From positions 359,234-423,233 of the forward strand of contig WLWS01000002.1 of the NCBI GenBank assembly GCA_012103475.1: a stretch of 64,000 nt of DNA, read 5' to 3'. This stretch comes from Gammaproteobacteria bacterium. GTDB taxonomy: Bacteria > Pseudomonadota > Gammaproteobacteria > Eutrophobiales > Eutrophobiaceae. Both the position numbers and the translations under genes were made by a program. Below, in pieces: positions 51,529 through 61,539 of the stretch. Numbering within the stretch: position 1 is the stretch's first letter; every line of letters begins with the position of its first letter. The notes under the pieces were generated by a model. That model searched no databases. It had not been told where the DNA came from and saw nothing but the letters and a program-made list of their open reading frames with translations.

Positions 51529-52517
51529 TGATTAAACCCTTTCCCTGGCAAATCAAACAATGGGACCATCTGCAATCCGCGTACGCGCAAAACAGACTGC
51601 CACATGCTCTTTTGCTTGCCGGGCCGGCCGGAATCGGTTTACAACAGTTCAGCTTCAGCTTTGCTGCGGCCTTGCTTTGTATAGAAAGTAGGGGAGATGG
51701 ACACGCTTGTGGTATCTGTAAGTCCTGTCACTTATTACAGGCTGGCACTCACCCTGACCTTCTCAGTATCCAGCCGGAAGAAACCGGTAAACAGATCAAG
51801 GTTGATATGGTAAGAGAGCTGGTCGGGTTTATTCAGAATAAAAGCCAATTCGGTAACTATAAGCTGGCTATTATCGACCCCGCTGAAGCCATGAACAGGA
51901 GTGCGGCAAATGGCCTGCTCAAGACGCTTGAAGAACCACCGGCAGATTCAGTCCTGATTCTGCTGACCGAAAAAAGCGCCTTGTTACCAATAACTATTCG
52001 TAGTCGTTGTCAGAAAATTGATTTCCCTGTCAGCAATCAAAAAGATAGCCTTGATTGGCTGCAGGGCAGGCTGGGTGCTGACGCTGATGCTGCGCAGTTG
52101 CTTAGTTTGGCGCAGGGAGCACCGCTTAAGGCGATTGAGATACAGGAAAGTGATCAGCTTGAGCAACAATTAGAATTATTAAGGGATCTGAAGTCACTAC
52201 GTGAACAGCGATGTGATGTCGTGAAACTGGCGGAGAAGTGGCTGGCCTGGGATGCTTTGCTGGTATTTATGCACCTGCTTAATTTTTTCAACATGATGAG
52301 TCGTATAAAACTCGGTATTGATAGCGATAATTCCTCTGTACACAAGCACTTGCAAGGAATTTTAAAAGGATTAGACTTGGTACAGCTTATCCGCTGTTAT
52401 GATCTCCTGTTAAGACATTATAATGCGGTAAGGGGGCCAACAAGTCTGAATAAGCAGGGCTTATTGGAAGACTTTATTATCTATTGGCAAAAATTAGCTG
52501 GACAAAATAGGGGGTAA
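51528..52517 (+). CDS. holB: DNA polymerase III delta-prime subunit
   Basis: AAA+-like clamp-loader fold. Start overlaps the tmk stop. Confidence 0.85.
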   Translation: MIKPFPWQIKQWDHLQSAYAQNRLPHALLLAGPAGIGLQQFSFSFAAALLCIESRGDGHACGICKSCHLLQAGTHPDLLSIQPEETGKQIKVDMVRELVGFIQNKSQFGNYKLAIIDPAEAMNRSAANGLLKTLEEPPADSVLILLTEKSALLPITIRSRCQKIDFPVSNQKDSLDWLQGRLGADADAAQLLSLAQGAPLKAIEIQESDQLEQQLELLRDLKSLREQRCDVVKLAEKWLAWDALLVFMHLLNFFNMMSRIKLGIDSDNSSVHKHLQGILKGLDLVQLIRCYDLLLRHYNAVRGPTSLNKQGLLEDFIIYWQKLAGQNRG

Positions 52518-52522
52518 AACGG

Positions 52523-52879
52523 GTGGCAGCTGGAGGTAGAGATCCTAGACAGGGCATATTATCCCTGACAATTCGCGATAAAAGCGCCTTGTACGCGTCG
52601 TACATGCCATTTATCAAAAATGGAGGTCTGTTCATCCCGACCGCTAAACCCTATAAGCTTGGTGACGAAGTGTTTATGTTACTAACCCTCACCGATAGTA
52701 AGGAAAAGTTACCAGTAGCCGGACGTGTGGTCTGGATAACACCGAAAGGCTCGCAGGGAAATAAAACTGCTGGTATCGGTGTTCAGTTCAGTGAGCTTGA
52801 TAAGGGTGCGACAAAAAACAAAATCGAAAATCAGTTAGCTGGTGCCTTGAAGTCTGACCGCGCTACTCACACCATTTAA
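52523..52879 (+). CDS. pilZ: type IV pilus assembly protein PilZ
   Basis: Near-collinear match to PilZ of Pseudomonas (GILSLTIRDKSALYASYMPFIKNGGLFIPT). 118 aa. Confidence 0.85.
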   Translation: MAAGGRDPRQGILSLTIRDKSALYASYMPFIKNGGLFIPTAKPYKLGDEVFMLLTLTDSKEKLPVAGRVVWITPKGSQGNKTAGIGVQFSELDKGATKNKIENQLAGALKSDRATHTI

Positions 52880-52949
52880 ATTTTATCCGCTTATGCAGGT
52901 ATTAGTCTGCAGGCCTTTAGTCTGACATTTCTACGAAGATACTAGCCTG

Positions 52950-53726
52950 ATGACCTCTCTTGTTGACTCTCATTGCCATATTCCCATGATTGAGGACTCA
53001 GATGGTATTGAGACCATTCTCGCGGCAGCCAGAGAAAACGATGTCACGCATATGTTATGCGTCTCAGTCGAGCTGGACAGCTACCCTGAAATACTCAGTC
53101 TTGCGCGTAATCACTCCTGTATATCAGCTTCAGTAGGTGTGCATCCGAATACGGAAATGCAGAATGAGATTGAAATAGATGAGCTCGCTGGACTCGCTTC
53201 TGACTCAAATGTTGTCGCAATTGGAGAGACGGGACTTGATTATTTTCGCAGTGAAGGAGATCTGGAATGGCAGAGAGAACGCTTTCGCAGCCATATCCGG
53301 GCCGCCCGGCAGGTTAACAAGCCTCTGATTATTCATTGTCGCGAAGCGAAAGAAGATGTGATCAAGATATTGAAAGAAGAGAATGCCGCTGATGTTGGCG
53401 GTGTGATGCACTGTTTCGTCGAAGATTGGGAGACTGCTCAGACAGCAATGGCACTAAATTTCAGAATATCTTTTTCCGGCATAGTCACTTTTAAAAATGC
53501 ACAGCCACTGAAAGAGGTGGCTAAAAAAGTGCCACTTGAGATGCTCCTTGTTGAAACAGATTCACCGTATCTGGCGCCGGTGCCCTTTCGAGGAAAGAGC
53601 AATCAACCGGCATTTGTCAAACATGTGGCAGAACACATCGCCGAATTAAGACAATTGCCCTATGAGCAGATTGCCGACTCAACCACCGGAAACTTTTATA
53701 AACTATTCCCTTTGGCCGCTAGCTAA
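52950..53726 (+). CDS. TatD-family metal-dependent hydrolase (YcfH)
   Basis: DSHCH N-terminal motif and a TIM-barrel metal-dependent hydrolase fold. 258 aa. Confidence 0.85.
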   Translation: MTSLVDSHCHIPMIEDSDGIETILAAARENDVTHMLCVSVELDSYPEILSLARNHSCISASVGVHPNTEMQNEIEIDELAGLASDSNVVAIGETGLDYFRSEGDLEWQRERFRSHIRAARQVNKPLIIHCREAKEDVIKILKEENAADVGGVMHCFVEDWETAQTAMALNFRISFSGIVTFKNAQPLKEVAKKVPLEMLLVETDSPYLAPVPFRGKSNQPAFVKHVAEHIAELRQLPYEQIADSTTGNFYKLFPLAAS

Positions 53727-53770
53727 ATCTGCTGATGTATTTAATGCCGTACTAGATAGCAAAGGAGTTT

Positions 53771-54430
53771 TTAATAGAGCTCTTTCTCGTAAACTTCTTC
53801 CAGATGATTCTCCATATTTTCCTTACTCTCATTTATACGTGCTTCCTCCTTCAGTATTTCACCAAAGCTGGCCAGTTCACCTGTTTTGGCTTTACTCTCT
53901 TCATCCCATAATCTGGAACGGATCATTGCTTTGCCGCAATGAAAATAAACTTTGCTGACTTTAATGAGCAGGCCGGTTCGAACCGGGGTTTTACCAACCT
54001 GACAGGCTTTTAGATACTTCTGATCAGTAGTAATGGCGGCTTCACCGGAAATACGCAGAGTTTCACGAAGACCCGGTATCATAAATATAAGACCCATTTT
54101 GGGATTTTCGACGAGGTTATGGAAAGACTCTACCTTGTTGTTGCCTATCCGATCCGGCATAAGCAGGGTATTGTCATCAATGATTTTAATGAAACCCGGA
54201 GCATCGCCTTTTGGTGAAATTGTCGGTTGGCCGCTGGCATCGGAGGTGGCTATGCAGGCGAAGGGTGAACGTTCAATATACTGTTTATGAAACTTATCCA
54301 GACTGTCGAGCATAACAGCAAGAGCCAGTTCAATGGGTTCGCCAAAATGCTTTTCCAGTGTGTCAATGTCGCCAATTGATTCAGTCATATTTTCTCCGGA
54401 ATATCCAATGTTGTCTGATTTAATATTCAC
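53771..54430 (-). CDS. pyridoxamine 5'-phosphate oxidase-like FMN-binding flavoprotein
   Basis: PPOX-type split-barrel family resembling the MSMEG_1061 subfamily. 219 aa. The start may be internal (MTESIG). Confidence 0.55.
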   Translation of the reverse strand: MNIKSDNIGYSGENMTESIGDIDTLEKHFGEPIELALAVMLDSLDKFHKQYIERSPFACIATSDASGQPTISPKGDAPGFIKIIDDNTLLMPDRIGNNKVESFHNLVENPKMGLIFMIPGLRETLRISGEAAITTDQKYLKACQVGKTPVRTGLLIKVSKVYFHCGKAMIRSRLWDEESKAKTGELASFGEILKEEARINESKENMENHLEEVYEKELY

Positions 54431-54477
54431 GTATTATAGCAAACTTATATAATGCCTAGCGCGATATGACGTAGCCA

Positions 54478-55599
54478 ATGAAAGAGAAGTCGAATGACAT
54501 AATAATCATCGGGGCAGGTATAGCCGGGGTCTCGGCAGGAGCCCTGCTAGCTGAACATGCCAATGTCAGGATTATCGAAATGGAAACGCAGCCCGGTTAT
54601 CATTCCAGTGGGCGCTCCGCAGCTTTTTTTTCTCCTCCCTATGGAAATAGTGTTGTACGGGCGTTCACCGCAGCAAGCGAACAGTTTTTTCGTGATCCAC
54701 CTACAGGCTTCAGTGATGTGGAACTGATTCGGCCACGGGACTGTCTATTTATAGCCCGGCCTGATCAGAAGGGCAGCCTGCAAGATATGCACACTGAAAT
54801 CCCCTCATTGCTAAAACGGACAAGCACGCAAATTGTCGATCAGGTACCTATTCTCGGTGTGGATAATCTGGCCGGCGGATTATTAGATATAAGTGGCGGA
54901 GATCTTGATGTAAATGAAATTATGCAAGGTTATTTGCGTAAATTTCGCTCGCATAATGGAAAAATCGAGAATGCGACCATGGTCGAGAGTCTAAGCAGAA
55001 AGGATGGTTTGTGGCGAATCGACACTGGCAAACAGAACTGGTATTCACCCATCGTAATCAACGCTGCAGGTGCCTGGGCGGATACGATCGCCGCAATGGC
55101 GGGTTTGACGGGTCTGGATATCACCCCGAAACGTCGAACCGCTCTGCTGATCGATGCCCCGTCTGGTGAAGACATCAGTGATTGGCCACTATGTATTGAT
55201 ATCGATGAACAATTTTATTTTAAACCGGATGCAGGACAACTTTTGATTTCCCCAGCTGATGAGACTCCTAGCGCGGCCTGCGATGCACAACCCGAGGAAA
55301 TGGATATTGCCCTTGCGGTCGATCGATTTGAACAGGCAAGCGGTCTTGAAGTGAATAAAATTAATCACAAATGGGCAGGTTTGCGTAGCTTCGCACCAGA
55401 TAAGACTTTTGTTGCCGGTTTTGATTCAAGGGCGAATGGCTTTTTCTGGCTGGCAGGCCAGGGCGGTTATGGTGTGCAAACTGCTCCGGCGCTGGCGGCC
55501 TTAAGTGTCACTTTACTTACCGATGTAAAACAGTCGGGGCCCTACCAACAAATTCTCCAATTTGAGGAAAAAGTATCCCCTGAGCGCTTATTGTCATAA
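54478..55599 (+). CDS. FAD-dependent oxidoreductase (DAO/glycine-oxidase-like family)
   Basis: N-terminal IIIIGAGIAGVSAGALL dinucleotide-binding motif. 373 aa. Confidence 0.7.
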   Translation: MKEKSNDIIIIGAGIAGVSAGALLAEHANVRIIEMETQPGYHSSGRSAAFFSPPYGNSVVRAFTAASEQFFRDPPTGFSDVELIRPRDCLFIARPDQKGSLQDMHTEIPSLLKRTSTQIVDQVPILGVDNLAGGLLDISGGDLDVNEIMQGYLRKFRSHNGKIENATMVESLSRKDGLWRIDTGKQNWYSPIVINAAGAWADTIAAMAGLTGLDITPKRRTALLIDAPSGEDISDWPLCIDIDEQFYFKPDAGQLLISPADETPSAACDAQPEEMDIALAVDRFEQASGLEVNKINHKWAGLRSFAPDKTFVAGFDSRANGFFWLAGQGGYGVQTAPALAALSVTLLTDVKQSGPYQQILQFEEKVSPERLLS

Positions 55600-55605
55600 T
55601 TACAA

Positions 55606-55649
55606 ATATTATCGAATAACGAGAAAAATTAATTCTTATTCGATAATAT
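55606..55649. promoter_or_regulatory. 14-bp perfect inverted repeat (ATATTATCGAATAA ... TTATTCGATAATAT) upstream of the DUF2975 gene
   Basis: Seen directly. Arms are separated by 16 nt. Located between the FAD oxidoreductase stop and the DUF2975 start. Confidence 0.45.
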
Positions 55650-55656
55650 ATTAAGT

Positions 55657-56229
55657 ATGCTTTGCAAATATATTACGGAGACAAGCAGCATGGCAGAAGA
55701 AAACCTTCAGAGAATCAGACGAATCAGCGGCACATTCCGACAACTATTTAACCTGTTTATTATCACCTTACCTGCAGCCACCATCATTTTCTGGCTGTGT
55801 TTTAATCAGTTGCCTCAGAGCTTTAAAAACGACCTACCTGTAATAGTTAGTCAGAATTTACCTTTATCAAGCCTTTTGCTTGCCATTACTGTCAGTGCAA
55901 TTCCAACAGGGATCATTCTCTACGCCTTCATTAAACTGAGAAACCTGTTTTCACTTTATCATAAGGGTGTGATCTTCAGTGTGGCGAACGCCGACTGTTA
56001 CCGGTCTCTGGGATATGCTCTGATATACTGGGCTTTTTCCAAACTAGCCTTTGTTCCATTAATTAGTATCGTTCTGACTGCACACAACCCACCGGGACAA
56101 AAATCTCTGGTTTTGAGCATCGGCTCGGCCGATATGGCCAATATACTAATTGGCTCGATTGTTCTTCTTATTTCCTGGGTAATGCACGAGGCCTCCCTGA
56201 TGGAAGAAGAGCGTAGTTTTACGGTTTAG
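55657..56229 (+). CDS. DUF2975-family membrane protein
   Basis: Four predicted transmembrane segments. Paired with a downstream YozG-type XRE regulator, which is the usual arrangement for this family. Confidence 0.55.
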   Translation: MLCKYITETSSMAEENLQRIRRISGTFRQLFNLFIITLPAATIIFWLCFNQLPQSFKNDLPVIVSQNLPLSSLLLAITVSAIPTGIILYAFIKLRNLFSLYHKGVIFSVANADCYRSLGYALIYWAFSKLAFVPLISIVLTAHNPPGQKSLVLSIGSADMANILIGSIVLLISWVMHEASLMEEERSFTV

Positions 56230-56236
56230 CACTATC

Positions 56237-56440
56237 ATGCAAATAATTGTGAATCTCGATGTGATGTTGGCAAAACGTAAAATGAAATCGAATCATTTGG
56301 CTAAACGCATCGGTATTAGTGAACAGAACCTGTCTATTTTAAAAACCGGCAAGGCAAAGGCCCTGCGTTTCAGTACGCTTAGTGCCATTTGCAAAGAGTT
56401 ACAGTGTCAGCCAGGTGACCTGCTTGAATATCAGGATTGA
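56237..56440 (+). CDS. XRE/Cro-C1-type helix-turn-helix transcriptional regulator (YozG-like)
   Basis: 67 aa with an HTH in LAKRIGISEQNLSILKTGK. Confidence 0.7.
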   Translation: MQIIVNLDVMLAKRKMKSNHLAKRIGISEQNLSILKTGKAKALRFSTLSAICKELQCQPGDLLEYQD

Positions 56441-56453
56441 ATCAAAAACGAGA

Positions 56454-57902
56454 TTAATCCACCACACGATAGCGGTAAGACTCAAGCATGGACGCCAGCA
56501 GACCCCGGGCAACCCGAGTCATTCCGGCCACTGAAATAGTTTCTTCATTGGTGTGGATCTGATCCGCGCCGGTTCCCACGATCACCATTTCTTCATCAAA
56601 TCTGGCTTTAATCAGATTTCCGTTAAAACCACCGAACTGTTTCGCCGTTATTCTCACCACATCATCACCAGTGCGTTCAAAACCGGTTTTCAGCAGCTGA
56701 ATGCTGGCGGACTCCTCAGCGACGATATATCCGCTTAATTTTGCTTCATTGACTCCGGTAATATCACATTTAAGCTTAGTCCGATTGCGTCCGGCCTCCG
56801 CACAAATGCGATGGACAGTTTTTTCCAGGTCCAGAACCATTTTTTGTGCCGCCTCGTTACCTTCCAGATTTCGCATTTGCCAGGCTGCACTCCAGAAAGG
56901 TGAGATAGTGTTGTATTGATAATCCGCGACTGGTTCGCCTTTGGCCGTTAATTTCCGTTTATTGATTCCACAGGATATGAAGTAGCTGTGCAAAACCACA
57001 TTCGGATGACCGGGCGGATGAGCATCGGCTCGAAATCCTGCCTCATGCAAGATTTGACTACCTACAGCACAAGCACTCACAGACTGTTTGCTATCGACTT
57101 CAGCCGGATGACTGGTCTGACTAGAGACAGTTATGTAGCCGTTGTACATAGCCGGCGCTGCTCGTCCGATTTCATCAGGATCAGTACCATCAATACTAAC
57201 CAGTATGTCGCCCTTGAAGGCCTCCGCCTCTATTAGCTCGGCACCAACGGCTGAGTCTTCTTCTGCCACAAGACCGACTATTCGGATGTCACCATGTTCG
57301 ATTTTGTTTTCAGCAATAATCCGTAATACTTCCGCAACAATGGCAATGCCGGCTTTGTCGTCAGCACCGAGAGGCGTATTCGCAGCAGGAGAAATGGTAT
57401 CTCCGTCCAGCTTGATGCCCTCGAAGCTGAGCTGATTAGTATCAAGATGAAAAGACAGGTTCCAGGACGGTGCCGCTATATTACCCGGAATAAAGGCGAT
57501 CAAATTACCCGATTCGGGTGCCGTTTTGCCACTGTTACATGATAGTGCTTTACGTTTTTCAGAACTCATCTGGGCAAGCTGTTTGGGTAAATCGTCTATG
57601 GAGACTTTTATTGCCAATGGGCTGGCGACCTGCAGCAGAATTTCCCGGGCTTTGTTTGTGGTTGCCGTCTCCTGGCAGCTTTTAGAAGGTTCTGCGAGCA
57701 GGCTCAGTAAAGTATCTGCAAGATACTCAGGCTTGACCAGCTTAAGCGCTGCGTCATTAGTTTTAATACTCGAATCCAGAAGATAGTTGCGCGTTTGTTT
57801 TTCTATTTTGCTCGCTGGAAACACAAGTTTGTTCTCAGCGACAACTGAGATACTGCTGCAAAGTAGAATGCTTGCTACAAAAGCGTAAAGTAGTTTTATC
57901 AT
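56454..57902 (-). CDS. M20-family metallopeptidase (PepT/tripeptidase-like) with an N-terminal signal peptide and a roughly 130-aa extension
   Basis: M20 metal-binding motifs (GADDKAG, EEDSAVG). Start placed at MIKLLYAFVASILLCSSISVVA, whose ATG overlaps the upstream TGA as ATGA. Confidence 0.6.
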   Translation of the reverse strand: MIKLLYAFVASILLCSSISVVAENKLVFPASKIEKQTRNYLLDSSIKTNDAALKLVKPEYLADTLLSLLAEPSKSCQETATTNKAREILLQVASPLAIKVSIDDLPKQLAQMSSEKRKALSCNSGKTAPESGNLIAFIPGNIAAPSWNLSFHLDTNQLSFEGIKLDGDTISPAANTPLGADDKAGIAIVAEVLRIIAENKIEHGDIRIVGLVAEEDSAVGAELIEAEAFKGDILVSIDGTDPDEIGRAAPAMYNGYITVSSQTSHPAEVDSKQSVSACAVGSQILHEAGFRADAHPPGHPNVVLHSYFISCGINKRKLTAKGEPVADYQYNTISPFWSAAWQMRNLEGNEAAQKMVLDLEKTVHRICAEAGRNRTKLKCDITGVNEAKLSGYIVAEESASIQLLKTGFERTGDDVVRITAKQFGGFNGNLIKARFDEEMVIVGTGADQIHTNEETISVAGMTRVARGLLASMLESYRYRVVD

Positions 57903-59041
57903 GTTTTTTCCTGTTCTAGGGCAGCAAGAATATTCAAGGCCTGATCCAGCTTTTGCCGGGGTGTATAAAAATGAGGGGGAAAACGGATGCCCCCGAAACG
58001 GTTTGCACATATTACGCGCTTGCGCATGAGACTGGTATGCAGTGATTTTGAATCCTGTCCCTGAATGCGAAAAGTAACGATGCCGGAGCGTTCTGACTTG
58101 CCCTGTTTAGTCAAAATTTCTGCTCCACTTAGTTTCTGCAGACCCTCCAACAGGTATTCGGACTTCTCTATGATTTGCTCTTCAATAAAATCGATTCCAA
58201 GCTCCTCAATCAGACTCAGGCTGGCAGAGAGTGCGAAGGTCCCAAGCATATTGGGAGTGCCACATTCAAAACGTTTCGACGTGCGCGCGATTTGCCATTT
58301 CTTTCGATCGTAGTCGCCGGCATGCTCGACCATATGCCAGCCATACTGATGCAAGTCCAGTTGCTCACGTACAGATTCCCGACAATAAAATACAGCAATA
58401 CCTTCAGGGCCAAGCATCCATTTATGCGCATCCGCCATTGCAAAATCTGCATGAATTCGCTGTACATCAAAACGGTAGGCGCCAATACTTTGAATGGCAT
58501 CGACACAATACAAAATATTGCTGGCACTGCAGAACTCACCGAGTTTCTTCAGGTTGAGACGTAAACCACTTCCATACTGAACCGAACTCACCGTCATCAA
58601 TCTGGTTTTGTCATCGCAAGCCTCAATCAGCGCGTTTTCAGGTTCCTCAACTTGCACAGCAACTTCTTTCAGGCCCACACCTTTGTCTTTTTGTGCTTCC
58701 CAAGGGATGCGATTGGAAGGAAATTCTTCATTGGTTGTGACAATATTGTCACCTGCTTGCCATCTTAATCCGTCAGCGACAACGGAAATAGCTTCGGAGG
58801 TGTTTTTTAACAGGGCAATATCAGCAGTGGAGGGCGCATTAATCAGCATACGCAACTGCTCACGCAAACTATCTTCTTTTGCAGACCATAGCTTGTAGTG
58901 TTCAGCACCTGTATTAACATTTTCGTCGGCGAATTCTTTTATGGCTGCAGCCGTTCGCCTTGGCCATGGAGAGACAGCGGCGTGATTCAGGTATACGAGT
59001 TCCGGTTCCTGTGGAAACTCTCGTTCAATTAAGGCCTGCAT
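57899..59041 (-). CDS. class V aminotransferase-fold PLP-dependent enzyme (cysteine desulfurase/SufS-like family)
   Basis: 380 aa with a fold-type I class V pattern and a Lys in ADAHKWM context. Translationally coupled to the M20 gene. Confidence 0.65.
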   Translation of the reverse strand: MQALIEREFPQEPELVYLNHAAVSPWPRRTAAAIKEFADENVNTGAEHYKLWSAKEDSLREQLRMLINAPSTADIALLKNTSEAISVVADGLRWQAGDNIVTTNEEFPSNRIPWEAQKDKGVGLKEVAVQVEEPENALIEACDDKTRLMTVSSVQYGSGLRLNLKKLGEFCSASNILYCVDAIQSIGAYRFDVQRIHADFAMADAHKWMLGPEGIAVFYCRESVREQLDLHQYGWHMVEHAGDYDRKKWQIARTSKRFECGTPNMLGTFALSASLSLIEELGIDFIEEQIIEKSEYLLEGLQKLSGAEILTKQGKSERSGIVTFRIQGQDSKSLHTSLMRKRVICANRFGGIRFPPHFYTPRQKLDQALNILAALEQEKT

Positions 59042-59063
59042 AGCTATTGATAGTCAATTTAGG

Positions 59064-59081
59064 TTATAAGAGAGCTTATAA
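59064..59081. promoter_or_regulatory. inverted repeat TTATAAG-AGAG-CTTATAA (nested within AGGTTAT...ATAACCT) in the divergent promoter
   Basis: Seen directly. Lies between the minus-strand aminotransferase and the plus-strand alpha/beta hydrolase. Confidence 0.4.
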
Positions 59082-59109
59082 TAACCTATCAAAGGTCAGG
59101 ATCTGAATT

Positions 59110-60003
59110 TTGAAAAAGCAAATTTACACTCCGATGCATCCCTCGAAAAGAGAGACTATCGAAATAAGAGGTCTGCCTTATTGTATTCACACATGGGGAG
59201 ATCCTGATAGAACTGCTGTTTACCTCTTACATGGCTGGGCGGACACTGGACTGAGTTTTCAATTTCTGGCTGATGAAATGGCGACGGACTATTTTTTAAT
59301 CGCACCGGACTGGCGTGGGTTCGGTGAGTCCGGGTGGAGTCCACAAGGTTACTGGTTTCCAGATTATCTGGCAGACCTCGAGTGTATTATCGAGCATTTT
59401 TCAGGCCCGGCTGCGATTAGCCTGATCGGTCACAGTATGGGTGGAAATATCGCCTGTCTTTATGCTGGTATCCGTCCTCAGCGGCTCAGCCATCTCATAA
59501 GCCTTGATGTATTCGGCCTGCCCGATAGCGATGCTGCACGGGCGCCCGAGCGTTACGCCCAGTGGCTGAATCAACTTCAGGCGCAACAGTCATTTTCCGA
59601 ATATGAAAATATCGATACCCTGGTTCAGCATATTGAGAAACTGGCACCGGGAATCAGTCCTGAGCGAGCAAAATTCATTGCCGATTCCTGGGCAAAACCC
59701 AGAGCTTGCGGATATGGCTTCACTGTCAAAGCAGATCCGGCTCATAAAAGAGTCAATCCGGTTCTTTACAGGCGTGAGGAAGCGCAGGGATGCTGGCGGA
59801 AAATCATTGCAAAAACGCTGTTTTTATATGGTGAAGACTCTCGTTTTTACAAAAGTTATCGCGAAGATGGTTTTCAGGAAGAGTGCCGTTCAAGTATTGA
59901 AAACCTGAGTGATGACTGTCTTGCTGATGCCAGTCATATGCTACACCTGCAACAGCCTGAAGCGCTGGCTGAGCGTGTTAAACTTTTTTTAACTTCTGAC
60001 TAA
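59110..60003 (+). CDS. alpha/beta-fold hydrolase
   Basis: HGWAD oxyanion region and GHSMGG nucleophile elbow. The start may be the ATG at 59134 (MHPSK...) rather than the TTG at 59110. Confidence 0.75.
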   Translation: MKKQIYTPMHPSKRETIEIRGLPYCIHTWGDPDRTAVYLLHGWADTGLSFQFLADEMATDYFLIAPDWRGFGESGWSPQGYWFPDYLADLECIIEHFSGPAAISLIGHSMGGNIACLYAGIRPQRLSHLISLDVFGLPDSDAARAPERYAQWLNQLQAQQSFSEYENIDTLVQHIEKLAPGISPERAKFIADSWAKPRACGYGFTVKADPAHKRVNPVLYRREEAQGCWRKIIAKTLFLYGEDSRFYKSYREDGFQEECRSSIENLSDDCLADASHMLHLQQPEALAERVKLFLTSD

Positions 60004-60013
60004 TCCATATAGC

Positions 60014-60048
60014 AGGCAGGGGTGGGCTATCTTCCCCGGCCTTTTTTA
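60014..60048 (+). terminator. rho-independent terminator after the alpha/beta hydrolase gene
   Basis: AGGCAGGGG / CCCCGGCCU stem with one mismatch, an 11-nt loop, then UUUUUU. Confidence 0.6.
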
Positions 60049-60118
60049 CTGTACTATCCAGCTTCAGATCGCATAGCTGCTCGCGTTTATACTAATAATC
60101 ACTAAAACGGTAAACACC

Positions 60119-61489
60119 ATGGCAAATACCGCGAATCACGAAACCTGGTCTTCTACGACTTTATTCATTCTCTCAGCTGTCGGCAGTGCAGTTGGTCTGG
60201 GAAATATATGGCGTTTTCCCTACCTTGCCGGAGAAAACGGTGGCGGTGCCTTCGTACTGATTTATCTCCTCTGTGTTACTTTCATCGCCTTACCGATTCT
60301 GATCGGTGAAATTATGCTGGGGCGCATGGGCAGGCAGAGTCCCATTAATACAATGCGCAATATCGCAATTAATAATGGCAAGTCAGCCTGGTGGGGCATA
60401 GGAGGCTGGCTCGCGGTTATTATCGCTTTCATGGTGATGACGTTCTACAGCGTGGTCGCCGGTTGGGCACTCGATTTTGGTTTGAAATCAGCAATGGGGA
60501 CTTTCAGCGGTCTGGGTAAGGATGAGATCCAGCCCATATTTGATGGTTTGCTAGCGGATCCTCTGCGTTTGATTGTCTGGCATACGGTGTTTACCGCGTT
60601 AACAGTGTATATCGTCTCACGTGGCCTCAACGATGGTATTGAGAGTGCTATTAAGTGGCTTATGCCGGCACTATTTACCCTTCTGATTGGAATGGTTATC
60701 TATTCCATGGTTGCCGCTGACTTTATGGCTGGTCTGGCTTTCATGTTAAAGCCGGACTTTTCCAAAGTCACCACTGATAGCTTTATGCTGGCCTCCAGTC
60801 AGGCCTTTTTTTCAGTCACGATTGGTGCCGGTGCAATGATGATATATGGCGCTTATTTACCGGACAATGTTTCCATCCCGCGAACCACAGCGATAATAGT
60901 TTTTGCGGATGCCGGCGTAGCCATCTTTGCGGGCATGGCAATTTTCCCGATAGTATTTTCCTTTGGATTACAACCAGACGGTGGGCCCGGACTGGTGTTC
61001 GTTACCCTGCCTATTGCCTTCGGGAAAATGTTTGGCGGCAGCATAATCGGTACCGCATTTTTTCTCTTGCTGGCAATTGCTGCGCTGACTTCTTTAATCG
61101 CTACACTTGAACCAATCGTCGCATGGGCAGAAGAGAATCGTGGTATCAAACGAAAAACAACCACAATAATTATCGGACTGACCGCCTGGGTACTGGGATT
61201 CGGTTCGGTATTGTCGTTTAATTATCTGGCTGATTTTCATCCTCTTGGTTTTCTACCTTTGATGGAAGGCAAAACCATTTTCGATCTGAGCGAGTACATA
61301 TCAATAACGATTCTGTTGCCGATTAGTGGCTTACTTATCGCTCTGTTTGTTGGCTGGAATTTGCCCGATGCAATTATAGAAAAAGAACTGGCCTTTAAAT
61401 CGAGAGTGGTCTACAGCGTATGGCGTTTCTTTTTACGTTGGCTTGCCCCGGCAGTTATTCTTGTTATTTTGTTTTTTAATGTAGTCTGA
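60119..61489 (+). CDS. sodium-dependent transporter of the NSS (SNF) family
   Basis: GLGNIWRFPY signature in TM1. 456 aa with about 11-12 transmembrane segments. Confidence 0.85.
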   Translation: MANTANHETWSSTTLFILSAVGSAVGLGNIWRFPYLAGENGGGAFVLIYLLCVTFIALPILIGEIMLGRMGRQSPINTMRNIAINNGKSAWWGIGGWLAVIIAFMVMTFYSVVAGWALDFGLKSAMGTFSGLGKDEIQPIFDGLLADPLRLIVWHTVFTALTVYIVSRGLNDGIESAIKWLMPALFTLLIGMVIYSMVAADFMAGLAFMLKPDFSKVTTDSFMLASSQAFFSVTIGAGAMMIYGAYLPDNVSIPRTTAIIVFADAGVAIFAGMAIFPIVFSFGLQPDGGPGLVFVTLPIAFGKMFGGSIIGTAFFLLLAIAALTSLIATLEPIVAWAEENRGIKRKTTTIIIGLTAWVLGFGSVLSFNYLADFHPLGFLPLMEGKTIFDLSEYISITILLPISGLLIALFVGWNLPDAIIEKELAFKSRVVYSVWRFFLRWLAPAVILVILFFNVV

Positions 61490-61539
61490 TTATTAATCCG
61501 ATCTCAACGTAGTTTTACCGTGCAGGAGACGAATGCTGA

